From Takakia lepidozioides (taxonomy: Eukaryota > Plantae > Bryophyta), in assembly GCA_030704615.1 (NCBI GenBank), contig CM060731.1, forward strand, positions 3,162,001-3,226,000: a stretch of 64,000 nucleotides of DNA. The letters are read 5' to 3'. This document shows, piece by piece, positions 37,529-54,658 of this stretch (position 1 is its first letter; every line of letters starts with the position of its first letter). Made by a program: the position numbers and the translations under genes. Under the pieces are notes generated by a model. It saw only the letters and a program-made list of their open reading frames with translations, was not told the origin of the DNA and did no database searches.

Positions 37529-37834
37529 CAAGTGCGATAGGAAAGTGAGACCTGAGGGGAAGGTTCACGCGCCGTGGGGAAGCAAGTGTCACCTAGTTAA
37601 TCCATTCGCATGGACGTATAGACTAAATTAAATAATGCTGAGGCATTTTGCTGTACCTAATACCTTGGATGGACAGAAAATTCAGTAAGAACATTTATGG
37701 ATGAAAATAGATTACATCCAAGTTAGGGCTTAGGGCTAGCAGGCACTGTGCGAGGTCTTTTCTCCTCTACCCCCCGTCTCAGCCGAGCCGAGCCGAGCTT
37801 GTAGGCGGCCCTTCGATAGCTTGCCTTTGCGACC

Positions 37835-39594
37835 ATGGTATGTTAGCGAAGCTTGTTCAACCTGTGTTAACGTTATCGGAAAATGTGCATGCAGGGAAAC
37901 TAATTTTGGGTCCAGTCATACCTTCCTTGGCAGATTTGGTGTTTTTCGTTGGCGTTGATATCCTGTGATGTGTGAGGCCTTCGATGCTTGTATGCGTCAG
38001 TCTTTTCTAAGGAAGTGTCTCTCTAGTCTCCCTATTTTTTCCCAGCTCATCAGGTTGCAATTTTCTTTCGTTTCCTGATGTTCTTGCACTGGTTTGATCG
38101 GTTTTCCGTTTCTCTCTCTTGCTGAATGTATTGGTGAGTTTTACACCGTCGAACCTCAGCATATAATGGTCTGTTTGAATTGGACTGGCTTAGGAGATGA
38201 AGGAAAAGAAGACAGGCAACTAGAGGGAGATAACGGGCTCTCTGCTTTATCTTTTGATTGGTTTTCCGTTTCTCTCTCTTGCTGAATGTATTGATGGGTT
38301 CTACCCCGACGAACCTCAGCATATAATGGGCTATGTTTGAATTGGACTGGATGAGGAGATGAAGGAAAAAAGAGACAGGCAACTAGAGAGGGATAACTGG
38401 CTCTCTGCTTTATCTCAGCTGCAGTGATGTGTAGCTCATTACGGTTCTGGTTCCATGGCTGCAGACGGTCAAACGGCGCAGTGGAGGGCGTAACAAGCAT
38501 GGCCGCGGCCACGTCAACCCAATTCGTTGCTCCAACTGTGGGCGCTGCGTGCCCAAGGTAGGCATTGGTCCGAAGTTTCTCTTACGTTCTCTTGTGTGGG
38601 GCTGTCAATCAAGAATGGCTATCAATAGCTGGGAAATCTCCATCTTGAACTAAACACAGAAGTTATCAGTTTGTTGCCTTTCACTCGCATTCGAAACCTT
38701 TGCATATGACATGGGTTGTGTACAAGATCAATGATTATGGTTACTTCACATCTGTCTAACAGTGAAGCTACATTATGTAGGGCAAGAAATGATTCAGCAC
38801 AAACTTAAAGTGTAACATCCATCAGCTAGAAAGATTCTTGGCACTGATATTGTCTGCAGGTGCTGGAGCAAGCTCCGATGACAGCTCAAGTGCTGACAGG
38901 TGGAAATCGACATGTGAATGCAGGACAAGGCTGTGAAGAGGTTCTTGGTGCGCAACATTGTCGAGCAAGCGGCTGTGCGCGATGTGCAAGAGGCTTGTGT
39001 CTATGAGGGTAATTTGCAGTAGTCTTTATTTCACTAGCACATTTTAGGGGAAATTTTGTACCATCAGAAAATGTCAGTTTGGTAAAGGAAGGAAAGCTGA
39101 AAGTGTTATTTTGTGGGTGCAGGATATGTGCTGCCAAAGCTGTATGCAAAGATGCAGTACTGTATCTCATGTGCCATCCACTCACATGTGGTGCGTGTCC
39201 GCTCACGGCAGGCTCGCCGCATTCGGGAACCTCCCCAGCGCTTCCGCCGCAAGGTTCTCTCTCTATCCCTCTCCTTCTCTGTCTCACACAAATGTCTTTC
39301 TTTCCTGTGGACATCTGTACAGATGTCTGACTAATTTTCCAAGGTTTCCTGAAGTATTCTTACTCAACTTGCAACTGCCAGTTGCAGGATTGTGCTATGG
39401 GTAAACTTCTAGAAAATGATTGCCATTGGCATTCTGTACTGTAGGTGATAAAAACCTAGTTCCTTACTAAGCTGGATTGCAAAACTTTGGACCATATTAA
39501 CTGAGGCTATTTGCTGTCTGGTCTAATTCAACAGGAGGATGGACCCCCTCGACCTACTGTTCCAGGAGCTCGCCCTGCTGGAGCTAAACCTTGA
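37835..39594 (+). CDS. RPS26: 40S ribosomal protein S26 (eS26); exons 37835-37837, 38465-38557, 38924-39008, 39123-39253, 39535-39594
   Basis: M|[31 protein letters not shown]|[21 protein letters not shown]...|[27 protein letters not shown]; ATG-only first exon; phases are consistent. Confidence 0.97.
38092..38413 (+). repeat. ~160-bp tandem duplicate in RPS26 intron 1 (possible structured RNA)
   Basis: 38092-38251 and 38254-38413 are diverged copies. Confidence 0.85.
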
Positions 39595-41230
39595 ATGTCT
39601 AGCAGAAGTAGGATTATTTGTTGAGGGTGAGACATTTAGTGGCAGAGGTTATGGGCTTCTTCGGATTGTTTGCCATCTTTTGCTGTATTGTTGAGTTTTG
39701 CAAAAATTGTGTATGTTTCTCCCTCTGGGCAGGATGCAGAAGCTTCTCAATAAAATATATTGAGAGATGACCTGAGATGGGAGCATTTAGACTTGAGTGT
39801 GGGCTTCTTTTTTAGAGGTAGATTTGGAGTGGTCTGAAACAAGCAAACGGTTGAAGTCCACATGTGTGCGCCAGAGCATCTTGCGATTCTGCAATGCTTT
39901 CATCTGTGTTACTTGGACTTTGGTGGAGGATGCGAGGCAAGAATGAGTCAGAGATCATTGGTTCTACTTTGAACAAGCTCTACAAGCCAGTAGAAGAGAA
40001 GAGAAGGGAGTGTGTGCACCCACCAAGTAGTGTAGTGTAGGGTATGGTGTTCGTTGATGTCAATGGTGCATGTGCAGGACAAAAGGTATGTGATACAGAT
40101 GTGACATCTCTTTCTAATTTTGGAGTCCCATTTCTGTGAAATCAATGAGTGAGTTGCATGACAATAATACAGATTGTACCACAGTTATTATCTTTACCAA
40201 CCTCACCGGCCCCTTACAGTAGATCGCAGGAGGGTGCTGTACTCCTAATGAGTGAACAAACATTGTTTTCTTCTACAGCCCGCATGTTGTTTGTCTGCCA
40301 TGTGTGAAGTGCACATTCAAATTTGCTTCTGAACGTGATCTATCTAAGGTGTGCTTGAGGGCTGTACGCAAGATCCTCCATGGCTTAGAAAATGAAGCTG
40401 AAAATGAACTGAGAGCCCAATGTAGTCTGTGCCATGTGCTGCAGACCTTGCCCTTCACCAGGAGGTGAGCATGCAAGGGCATTTATCATCTGGCAGCAGC
40501 CTTGCATGGAATGCATCTCAAGCACATGCAGGCACTTGATGGTGAAAAATGTTTGCTGCCAAGCGAAATGTGGCCTCAAGATGTTGTTTATTGATAGAAA
40601 CTTACAATCTTGGAATGTGCCTGCATGAGGTCTAGCCTTTGTCCAAGTACACAGACAACGAAAGAAGATTAACTGAGATATCCTATGTTAGTGAAGATGG
40701 CACACTCTCCAAAGTGAGGCAGTTATAAAGTAAATTTCATTGCAGGCTTCAGAACTGCACTTTTACTCCCACACTGTCTCTGCACAGCCTGATTAGGTTC
40801 AGGTCTAGGGTTGTGGAGCCCTTCGAGTGGGAGGACGCTGGTTTGAGGTTGATGCTTCATCCTTCAAGGGTTGATGGTGGTGTCCCTCGGTCATGGTATT
40901 TGCATCAAAAGAAAATTATCCCCTGTTGGTAGGTCTTCGAGTAGAGACAGTCCTCTCTTTTGCGAACTTTTCTAATCTGATTGTGAACCCCTATGTTATA
41001 CCGTGGCAATTGGACTTGATTCCTCTGGAAGAGGGTTTGCCTCAATACAGCATACTAGATTGGATTGTGTTTGAGAGGGAGAGATAGTTGTGCCTCTATA
41101 CAAATGTCATTTTCTTAGTGTCATATAAAACCAACACAACCAGAGAATCTGCCTCAAGAAGGACATTCAAGATGATAGTGAACAAAGGCTCCCAAAAGAT
41201 TGGGGAAACTTTTCTGACAAATCTTTGCTG

Positions 41231-42881
41231 CTATCTTTTATTCAAGGGATCACCATTAGAGGCAACAAACTTCTCATAACTCAACCTAAAAATCAATGCA
41301 ACCAGAATCCCCGAGTAAGTAGCCAGTTTTGGCCACTGGATATTGCCTGAACTCACAGACTCCAACACTGTCAAACTCAATAGAAGAATAAGTACCAGAT
41401 ACAGAAATCTCCGGGATTGCGACACCGCTGTCTTTTGGGCAACCTTGCTAACAATCTCTGCTTGTTCTTTGATGAATTGCTGCTCTTCAGGGGTTCTCTC
41501 CTTCCAGGGCTTAAATGGCTTACTGTATAATCCTTTGAAAAACAAGCCCTCGTTCCGGGCCTTTTCCACATTCTTTTCAAATTCATCGAGATCACGCTCG
41601 TTGGCTTCAATCTCAGCGCGTGCTGATGCCAACTCGTCCTCAAAGGCTTGGGCATCCGCTTCCACATTCTTTAAAACCTGTATAAAATCACCTCCAGATT
41701 ATTAGTGTCAATTCCCAAGGGGAGCTTACCAGGCAGTCAAACACCAGTGGCTGCGCTACAATCCTAGTCTTAATTACATTTCAATGTACTTGATAGAAGT
41801 TGGAAGTTTCCCGTGCAACAAGACTACTTCTCTCTTGTCTTCAACATTTGAGGCTACTAGACTCGCACGGGAACAAGGGTGCAGAAAAGCAGCATACTCA
41901 AAAGATTCAGAACGAGAAGGGATTGATCACTTGCTAAGAGAAAGGGCCACAGAGATTATCAACTAAGTGACTAAATACTGGTATATATGAGCTTCACTGT
42001 CTATGCCACAGCAGCATGGAGAGGGTGAACAGTTTGGGAGAAAGTAAAAATTTGTGCTTCATCTCTGTGGGTGAAAGGAGAGAGGTCAGTAAGAGGTGGT
42101 GGTACCTTCGAGCTTGCTTCATCGATGTTACGTTTAGCGTCCTCTGCAATCTTGCCATACTCTTGCTTGGCTTGCTCCGCAATGTCGGACAGGAGCTTGG
42201 AACGCTCATCCACAAACTCGCTGACCCGCAGCTTGCCTGACTGCAGACGCACCATCTCCACCAGTATCTCTTGAACTTTTTTGTCCCCAGTTTTCTCATC
42301 TCCCTCTTCCGGCTCTTCCACCTAACACCACAATCTTAGCACCGTCATCACTGCCGAATCAATGTAGGATGTAGACCTCACACCGGTGATATACCCACTC
42401 GTTTTCAAACCTAAGCAAATGGAGTTCCATTCACCAGCTGTTCCGATTATCTGGCAGGACCATTCCTTGGGGTGCAAAACCTAAGGGGAGATCCAAGCAA
42501 GTTCCACATTGTCCCCTAAGTGGATTCTTCGTGGAGTTAAAGCAATCAGGAGGAAGCAAGCTGCACAGCAATAAGTTCTTCTTTTTTGTTCATGATCTTC
42601 GCGAGGATACACAAAAACCTAGGGCTAAGAATGGACTACTTTCCGATCGTCTGCAGCGCAGCGCGAACGAGAGAACTCACCTGTCCGTTGGCAGTTATGT
42701 AGGAGACACATCCTTTTTGGCCAATCGGACGAACCTTTTCCCGGAGGAGGGAGCCTCTTTTCAGCTTTTGAAAAGCTCGCAAGCCCTTGATCCTCATTGC
42801 ATTCCAACAGAGCTGGGAGGTGTCATCTGGACTGAACAAAAGAGAGGGTCTTGAGACCTGATGGAGACATAAACACTGCAT
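41231..42881 (-). CDS. Conserved plant coiled-coil protein with two C-terminal TM helices, probably plastid-targeted (AT3G09050-like); exons 42881-42681, 42321-42106, ~41677-41231
   Basis: Transit-peptide-like exon 1; LQSGKLRVSEFVDERS...DEASSK|VL.N.E...RNEGLFFKGL motif; hydrophobic C-terminus. Confidence 0.8.
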
Positions 42882-43919
42882 TTCGGCCAAATGCTCAGCC
42901 TGCCTCCCCACACTACTTTCTGATCACAGCTCGCGATTCTATTGCATTCTTGCCAGTCTGCTTTGTCAAGAAAAGGAAGATTAAGACAATCCTATCTCTC
43001 GGGATGCTACGCCATGGCAGGCCACCTGCCCAATATTTTCCAATGTCCAAAAAATCTCCATGCCATAGCCCACGGTATTCTGTGTCCTCCTCCCCCCTCT
43101 CTCTCAAACTGAGGCTGCCATTGTGAGGTTCACACCATAATGATGCAAGTGCCTTCTCTCCTTCTGAAGGAGAACAAGAATACCAATTTCTGCTAGACAC
43201 GTAAAGCTTTGAGACACCATTTAAACAACCCACATTTCTTTCCTCTCTCTCTCGCTCACGCGCACCATACCATCCCTCTCTTCTCATTTCGTCCTCTCTC
43301 TATCTGCGAGCCCATATCCAAAAAGGCGGGGTGTGATTGGATGTCATGAACCTCCTTCCAGAAGGGACCCACCAGCCCTTCTTACGGATGATACATGATA
43401 CCTCCTCCACCACCTTCCATCCCATCCAACTCCTTCAAATCTGGGAAACAAAACCGTGTGCTGGTAGCCTAGTATTCTGACTAAGAGTTTGCACTTGCCT
43501 TCAACGACCCAGTTCTACCTGAACCGTCTCTACTTCAACTTCAAACTGACTCACGCTATATGTGGGTTCTGGTTCAAAGACATTTAGAAGCTTCCAACGA
43601 GATAGTCCAGTGATGAGAAGAGTGTGACCGTGCCACACAATGTAGTTCTGGCTTGGAATACACATGCGCCTCTGTTGGTTGCAATCTTTGTGTCTGGGGG
43701 ATGCTCACAGCAGTTTAGATTGAAAACGAAGATCTCGTTAACCAAGTTCATGACTTTATTTGAAGAAGTTTCTGGACAATCAAATGGATGTGCCACAATT
43801 GTGGCAAATACAACTCAGTGAGACAGCAGGAGATGCATCTCTCAAATTTCCTCCAGAGCCAAATAAAGTTTCCACTAATAGCCGGGGGTCCTTGTTCTGG
43901 ATGGGTCTGCTCGGATTGC

Positions 43920-45418
43920 TCAAGTTTTCAGCATGTGCTTCATGTGCTTCAGTCTACACCACTCGCGTGCGTCATCTGTTTGCTGCTTTAGATAGTCGTC
44001 CATCCACGCCGTCTCCCTCTCACCCAAACACTCTTCTTGCAGCGGCACCACAAAGTGCGACCTTTCAAGCTTTTTGGCGAGGTAATTCTCGACCAATTGC
44101 TTCACAGCCATCCCCCGCATGATGGTTTTTTTCTTCACGATCAAGTTCACCCCTATCTGTTCTATGCTGGTTGGACGTTCAACTCTGTTCGAGTAATGTG
44201 CTATGTTTCCACCGTGAAAGAGCAAGGTGGTTCCGGGCTTGGGTCGAAAGTGGATCTGAATTTCGGGGAAGACAAACTGTCCCCCTTCAATCTCGCCCTC
44301 CCCTGTAACATCATTCAACATCCACGACAACAAGGTGAGTTGACACGGAGCATTTGGGTTTTGAGTTTATGTGGAGTATTTGGGTTTGAGATGTCATATT
44401 GGCGGTGCAGAGATTTCACCTCGATGAAACCAGACGATGAAACTGTGAAATTCGCCATGATCCACGTGTGCATCCACTTCATAATTCTGGGTGATACTCA
44501 TGCACGTGAAACATGTACGCCCCAGTCGAGTCCAATCGAAGGGAACGCCGGTCTGCTTTTCTTCGAGGGCAGTCATCCAAGAATGGTAGTCTTCTTTAAG
44601 TTTCTCCTCCATGTATTCCGCAAATTCTCCAGCGATCTGCTCGATCTCCTCTGCGGAGGGTTCTTTAACCCGCCTTCGGTTGTGGACGTACCTGAGAAGC
44701 CAGGAAACTCCAAATAACAGTCAGGAATATTAAGGGTGTAAGTGCTCAAAGAAGAATTGACGAGCTGAAGCTGGGCTGCGAGGAGGTCTCTGGTGCTTAT
44801 GAAGTCTGCAACACTAGGGAGAGTTGGGAGAGTTTGCCACATGATGTGCACTTACGCTGAGAGAATGCCGTCGTTGCGTGAACATCTCTTGCCACACATT
44901 ACTGTGCGTCCGGAAGCCTTTCCCTTGCCCCTGGTGACCACCCCTGCAACCTGAAACAAAAAATTAAGGATCTCGGCATGATGATCGCATATCTCCTTGC
45001 TCATGCTGTCGTGCAAGATTATGGCCAACACTTTTCCACTCTCTACGATCACAGCGCTCTCTTTAATCTCACACGATCTTTCGAAGTCTACACTTTTTCC
45101 TGTCCTGACTTCCACAACTGTGATGATGGCGCTGGGAATGGAGATGCCCTCCCTGCGTAAGGCGCTCAACTGATATTGGCTGTCTTGAATTGAAAGTATC
45201 TTTGGCTCAAACTTGCGCTCTATAGTTCCTCGGAGTAGTTTGAGTGCCAATATGCCATTGGACAGCCAGTTGCCCATCTGATCAACAGCCCCCAGTAGTC
45301 TTAAGCTTCCTGTGCGCTTCTTTCCAGTTCGAAAGTTGTGCGAAACTTTAGCGGGCAATCGTGAAGAGATTCCGACCTTTGCTAGTGGATGCTGGCGAGC
45401 GGCTACCTTCTTCCTCAC
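43920..45418 (-). CDS. TET/JBP-like Fe(II)-dependent dioxygenase; core exons 45418-44856, 44691-44420, 44302-43920 (405 aa); 5' exons unresolved
   Basis: Two canonical GT-AG introns (phase 2, then phase 1) give one open frame: GRTVMCGKR...AYV, FTCMSITQNYEVDAHVD (HxD), FIVWF, GGQFVFPE...PGTTLLF...IAHYS (distal His), QIGVNL. Confidence 0.75.
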
Positions 45419-45865
45419 CTGCAGGGTAGTATCTAGTGTCTCTTAGTCGATCGAAAACGCCAGCACTTTCGAGCATAATATTGTGGGGGAGACAGACACA
45501 CATCAAACCAAAAAATTTGTCCTTTCTTCCATATAGAAGTGACAGTGCATGGAGAGAGAACGGCACTAAACCTTCTACACTAGCTTTTGGATGCCACTGT
45601 CACTCTCCCTCCCCACTACTACCGTTATCGCCACCACTACCGACGCTTCCATATCCAGCAACGCTTGAGATACACGTAAGCTTCCTATTCAATATTTACT
45701 AAGCTCCCTGATCATGATTCAAGCAAGACCTTTTGATCAACTCACTATTTTCAGCACTTGAGAGTACCAATCGACAAGGCTTCCTACGGATAATGCGCAT
45801 GTTTGAAGCTTTAACAACAACAACTTCAGCCCTCTATGTGTGTTTAGTTGCAGAAATGCCGTCTG

Positions 45866-46270
45866 TTATGATTGGGTCAAGCGGTCAGGGGGATTGTTCA
45901 CCTGACTCTGTGGGAGGAGGCCAGGCGAAGACTTTTGTAGGTCTGAGGAGGTGACCGCAGTGTCTGATCTGTACTGAAAGCTGCTTGAGACAGGGGGGTT
46001 CACCACCAGGCTCTGCAAGCTCGATGGGAGGAGGCCAGCCGAAAACTTGTGTGAATCTGTGTAAGTGGCCACAGCGTCTCTGTACAGGAAGTTGCCTGAA
46101 GTCTTGGGTTTCTCCACCAGGCTCAAGCTCTCTATAATCTGTGACGGTTTCCTCTTCGTCGCTAATCGAACATCGCTGCCTCCACCATCCCCACTCAAAA
46201 GCTGGGCAACATCAGTCTCGGGCACCGCTATTTCTTCTGCCACGCATGCTTCGTCTTCACCTGGATACAT
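45866..46270 (-). CDS. Possible upstream low-complexity exon of the TET/JBP-like gene
   Basis: 134-aa ORF on the same strand with a plausible acceptor near 46291; I could not splice it cleanly to the core exons. Confidence 0.25.
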   Translation of the reverse strand: MYPGEDEACVAEEIAVPETDVAQLLSGDGGGSDVRLATKRKPSQIIESLSLVEKPKTSGNFLYRDAVATYTDSHKFSAGLLPSSLQSLVVNPPVSSSFQYRSDTAVTSSDLQKSSPGLLPQSQVNNPPDRLTQS

Positions 46271-47156
46271 CTTCTCTGAAATACAGGTTCCTGCAATGTA
46301 GAAGTTTCAACTTACAACCAGCATGCATTCATGACAGTGCTCCACAACATCCACACGACTGATCATTTCAGTTCTGATCCACCCCTGCTGTAGATCCGAT
46401 CTGCAACAACATGATGCCACATGAACTCTGCAAATCAAACTAGATGCTCATCATCTAGGTACATCACTGAGCTGCCCAAGTTGCTCGGTGCATGATTCTG
46501 TACGACAGTCGAGATACAACACTCGTGTCAATACAACTCGTGATAGCGGCCTTCTACTTCTCACATAATCGTCAACTTATTATAGTCCTACTACATCTAT
46601 CAACTCAACACCTACGTCCAGGTAATCCAAGGAGCTTCATTTATGAGGTAGACACGAATTAAATCCTTGCACTTGTTGCCTTGCATGTCACCTCCCACAA
46701 ACTGGCAAGGCTTGCCTCTGCCTGCTTTACATCTCTATGCGAGTAGGTTAGACAGGCCTACACTGTTTGCCGTGCTCCCCAAGTATGCTCAGCTTAAATG
46801 CTACACGCCCATGCAGTGCCAATGGAGCCTCCTTCAACTGGGTCTGGCTGCATCCTCTCGTGACCTATCGGATTGATGCCAATGCCATTACTGTACAGTG
46901 TATATATGCTCCAGGTCCACAAACATCCTTGTCTTCATAATAGTTCACCTTACCTTTGGATAGTCACCATACGGAGTCAAAATCCAGAGAGAACGTACTG
47001 GCAAGACCTTGTTGGGTGGAAGGAAAGGGAGCAGAAACTAGTGTGAGGGCCTCACCCTAGCAGTGTGACTACCCTTTATAAACACAATCACTTCAGGTTT
47101 TCCAGAAATCTTCTAGAAAGCCTTCACATAAGCATCGACTTGCTATGTATGAGAGG

Positions 47157-47421
47157 CAGTGGGTTTTTTTTCACTTTCCAAAATCGCCACAAAGGCCACA
47201 TGTAAATTTTACCTAGCGCCCATGTGGCGAGAATAAGGAGGTGGCAGGGTTAGAAAAGAGGCTATATAACAAGTGTCACATTTTAACAGGTCCACGTAGG
47301 AAAAATGTGGCTCCTGATACTTAACCATTTCTGACGAACTTTTTGATTTTTACTCCCATAATTCCTTTGTAAAAGTAGCCGACCCATTTTTCAAGTCGAA
47401 ATCGCCAGATTAAAAACACTG
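47157..47421. mobile_element. Degenerate hAT-like MITE
   Basis: CAGTG...TTTT and AAAAACACTG termini with internal AAATCGCCA/TGGCGA repeats; TSD not convincing. Confidence 0.4.
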
Positions 47422-47635
47422 GTGTGAGCCAGTGAGCTGCCTAGCAATTAGACCCCAAGGGGGCCAGGTCTTCACGCTCAGCCTCAAGATTTTAATTTTG
47501 GAACAGACAATGTTCTTAATCCAGAAGAGGGTCACTCTCTGGTGAGGGTATTATGGAATGGTCTTCAGCTGCCCACACGCTGGGCAATTATAATCTCCTC
47601 TTTGTTCGCACCCAAGGGTAGGTTTTCCAGAGAGA

Positions 47636-47694
47636 AATGAAATGAAATGAAATGGTGCTTTATAACATCCGCGGAAAGCTCATAGAGTAGAAAG
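47636..47694 (-). mobile_element. 59-bp extreme 3' LINE end with (CATTT)n tail and 25-bp TSD
   Basis: Flanked by CCCAAGGGTAGGTTTTCCAGAGAGA at 47611-47635 and 47695-47719; matches the 3' end at ~56320-56368. Confidence 0.85.
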
Positions 47695-48307
47695 CCCAAG
47701 GGTAGGTTTTCCAGAGAGAGAAAGTGAAGACGAAAGGCACTGGTCCCTACACACACTAATCATACCATACTCATATCCGGAGGATGAATGGGGAGAGAGA
47801 GAGAGCTCTTCACCAACCATTCTAGTACTATGGCCTGTTACTCCAAAATTTGGCCTTCTACCCTGCACACACAGTTTTCTCTGATGGTCATGCTCTTTTC
47901 TACCTGTTGATTTCTTTCTTTCTGTAAAAAACCTCAAGCTTTGAAGCCACTTTTAACAAGGTATGACAACTCTACCTTTTGTGCTAAAATATTCAAGAGC
48001 TGAACAACCAACCTCCAAATTATCAAAAGTCTGTCTTGCTACATTCCTGTAAAGTGTTCCAGAGAAGTTGGTAAGTTGCAGACCTCCTTGCTCAAAGTTT
48101 CCTATTTCAAACTGCCTTTGCTCTCTTAACTCATCAGGTTGCCTTTTGCCCATAAGAAAGTGCACAACTTCTTGGGCACTCCTATGACCACAAACTAATG
48201 CAGATGTACTTAATGTGGTTGTGCACAGCAAGCCAAGCAAACTCTTTTCCCACGCCAGTGAACAGTTATTTAAAAAAACTTTGGACACTGAAAGACAAAC
48301 GGCAAGA

Positions 48308-53652
<5,345 letters not shown>

Positions 53653-54658
53653 CCCTGCCTTCTTCTAAAAACCACGTCTTTGCCCCTAAAAACTCTCTCT
53701 AATGATGATCACCTTCGCTCTCCTTCTGAAGCCTTGGGGTCGCCCAAGTAGTCTCCCTCTGCTTCTTAATGAAGCCGTCAGCCTTCAAATGTGTGCTTCC
53801 TCTCTCTGAACTGAGAAGCAATGGGTGTCCTTTCCTGTGCTCTCCCACGCCTTAAGCACACTCCTCCCTTCCTCTTCCAATAAATCCACCAGCCCCTTCT
53901 CACAATCAGCCCCAACCTGAGAGAACAGCCTGTTTGAACAATACAGGTGACCCCAATCTCTCTCCCTTTTCCCGTTGTTTCCTGCACAACCGCTTCCCGG
54001 GCTCGACACCCACAGACAGGACCAAGTTCTGGCTGCCCAAGAAAAGGCGGGTATTTGAACTAGAAATTATCAAGCGAATGCTTTCGAAATTTATTCACAG
54101 AGTTGTCGAGACTTGACTCATTCGTTGATTACCTCCTTTGCTCCAATTTTGAGCCCTTGGTTGCGCAGCAACATTCGGGATTGTCTTTGTCAATTAGGGT
54201 GTCGAGATTCGAGAAGTAGTTGCTAAACATAACCCTCTCCTAAACCCTAAACCCTGTGCCCTATACCTGTCTCCAGTCTCGATATTAGTCTCGAACGACG
54301 AAGACCCATAAGTCGAATTTGGAGTGGAAACGATGTGATCAATTGTCTGAATAAAAGATACTGAAGGAGATAGGAAGGGGAAAAGATCGAGTTAGCTTTG
54401 TGGAGAGAGAGGGAGAGATTTGTCCTGATTGAATGATCTGTATCTTTTCCCAAAACCCAGAGGCCGCTTGGAGATGAAAGTTTCTGAGCTTGTGGATTAT
54501 ACTTCGTGTGGTACCCAGGATTTGGGGTGGACAGGCCACTCGACTGACCGATTAATTTGACAGTGGTAAAGAAAGTGAAACAAAGAGCAGTCTGAGAGGA
54601 AGCGAATTTTGCATAAGCTGTTGTGGTTAGGCAGATCCCCTGATCTGGCGTATTGGTC
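53653..54658. promoter_or_regulatory. Bidirectional promoter and 5' UTRs between RUVBL1 and RPC7, with telo-boxes
   Basis: Head-to-head ATGs ~1 kb apart; AAACCCTAAACCCT at ~54242-54255 and TTAGGGT at ~54195. Confidence 0.6.

Noticed and set aside
37440-37530. tRNA gene
   Set aside because: A and B boxes are present, but there is no proper cloverleaf, and the shared non-tRNA tail with a second copy indicates a SINE.
43460-43480. CTAG as a Helitron 3' end bounding the TET-like gene
   Set aside because: No convincing subterminal hairpin or matching 5' TC end.
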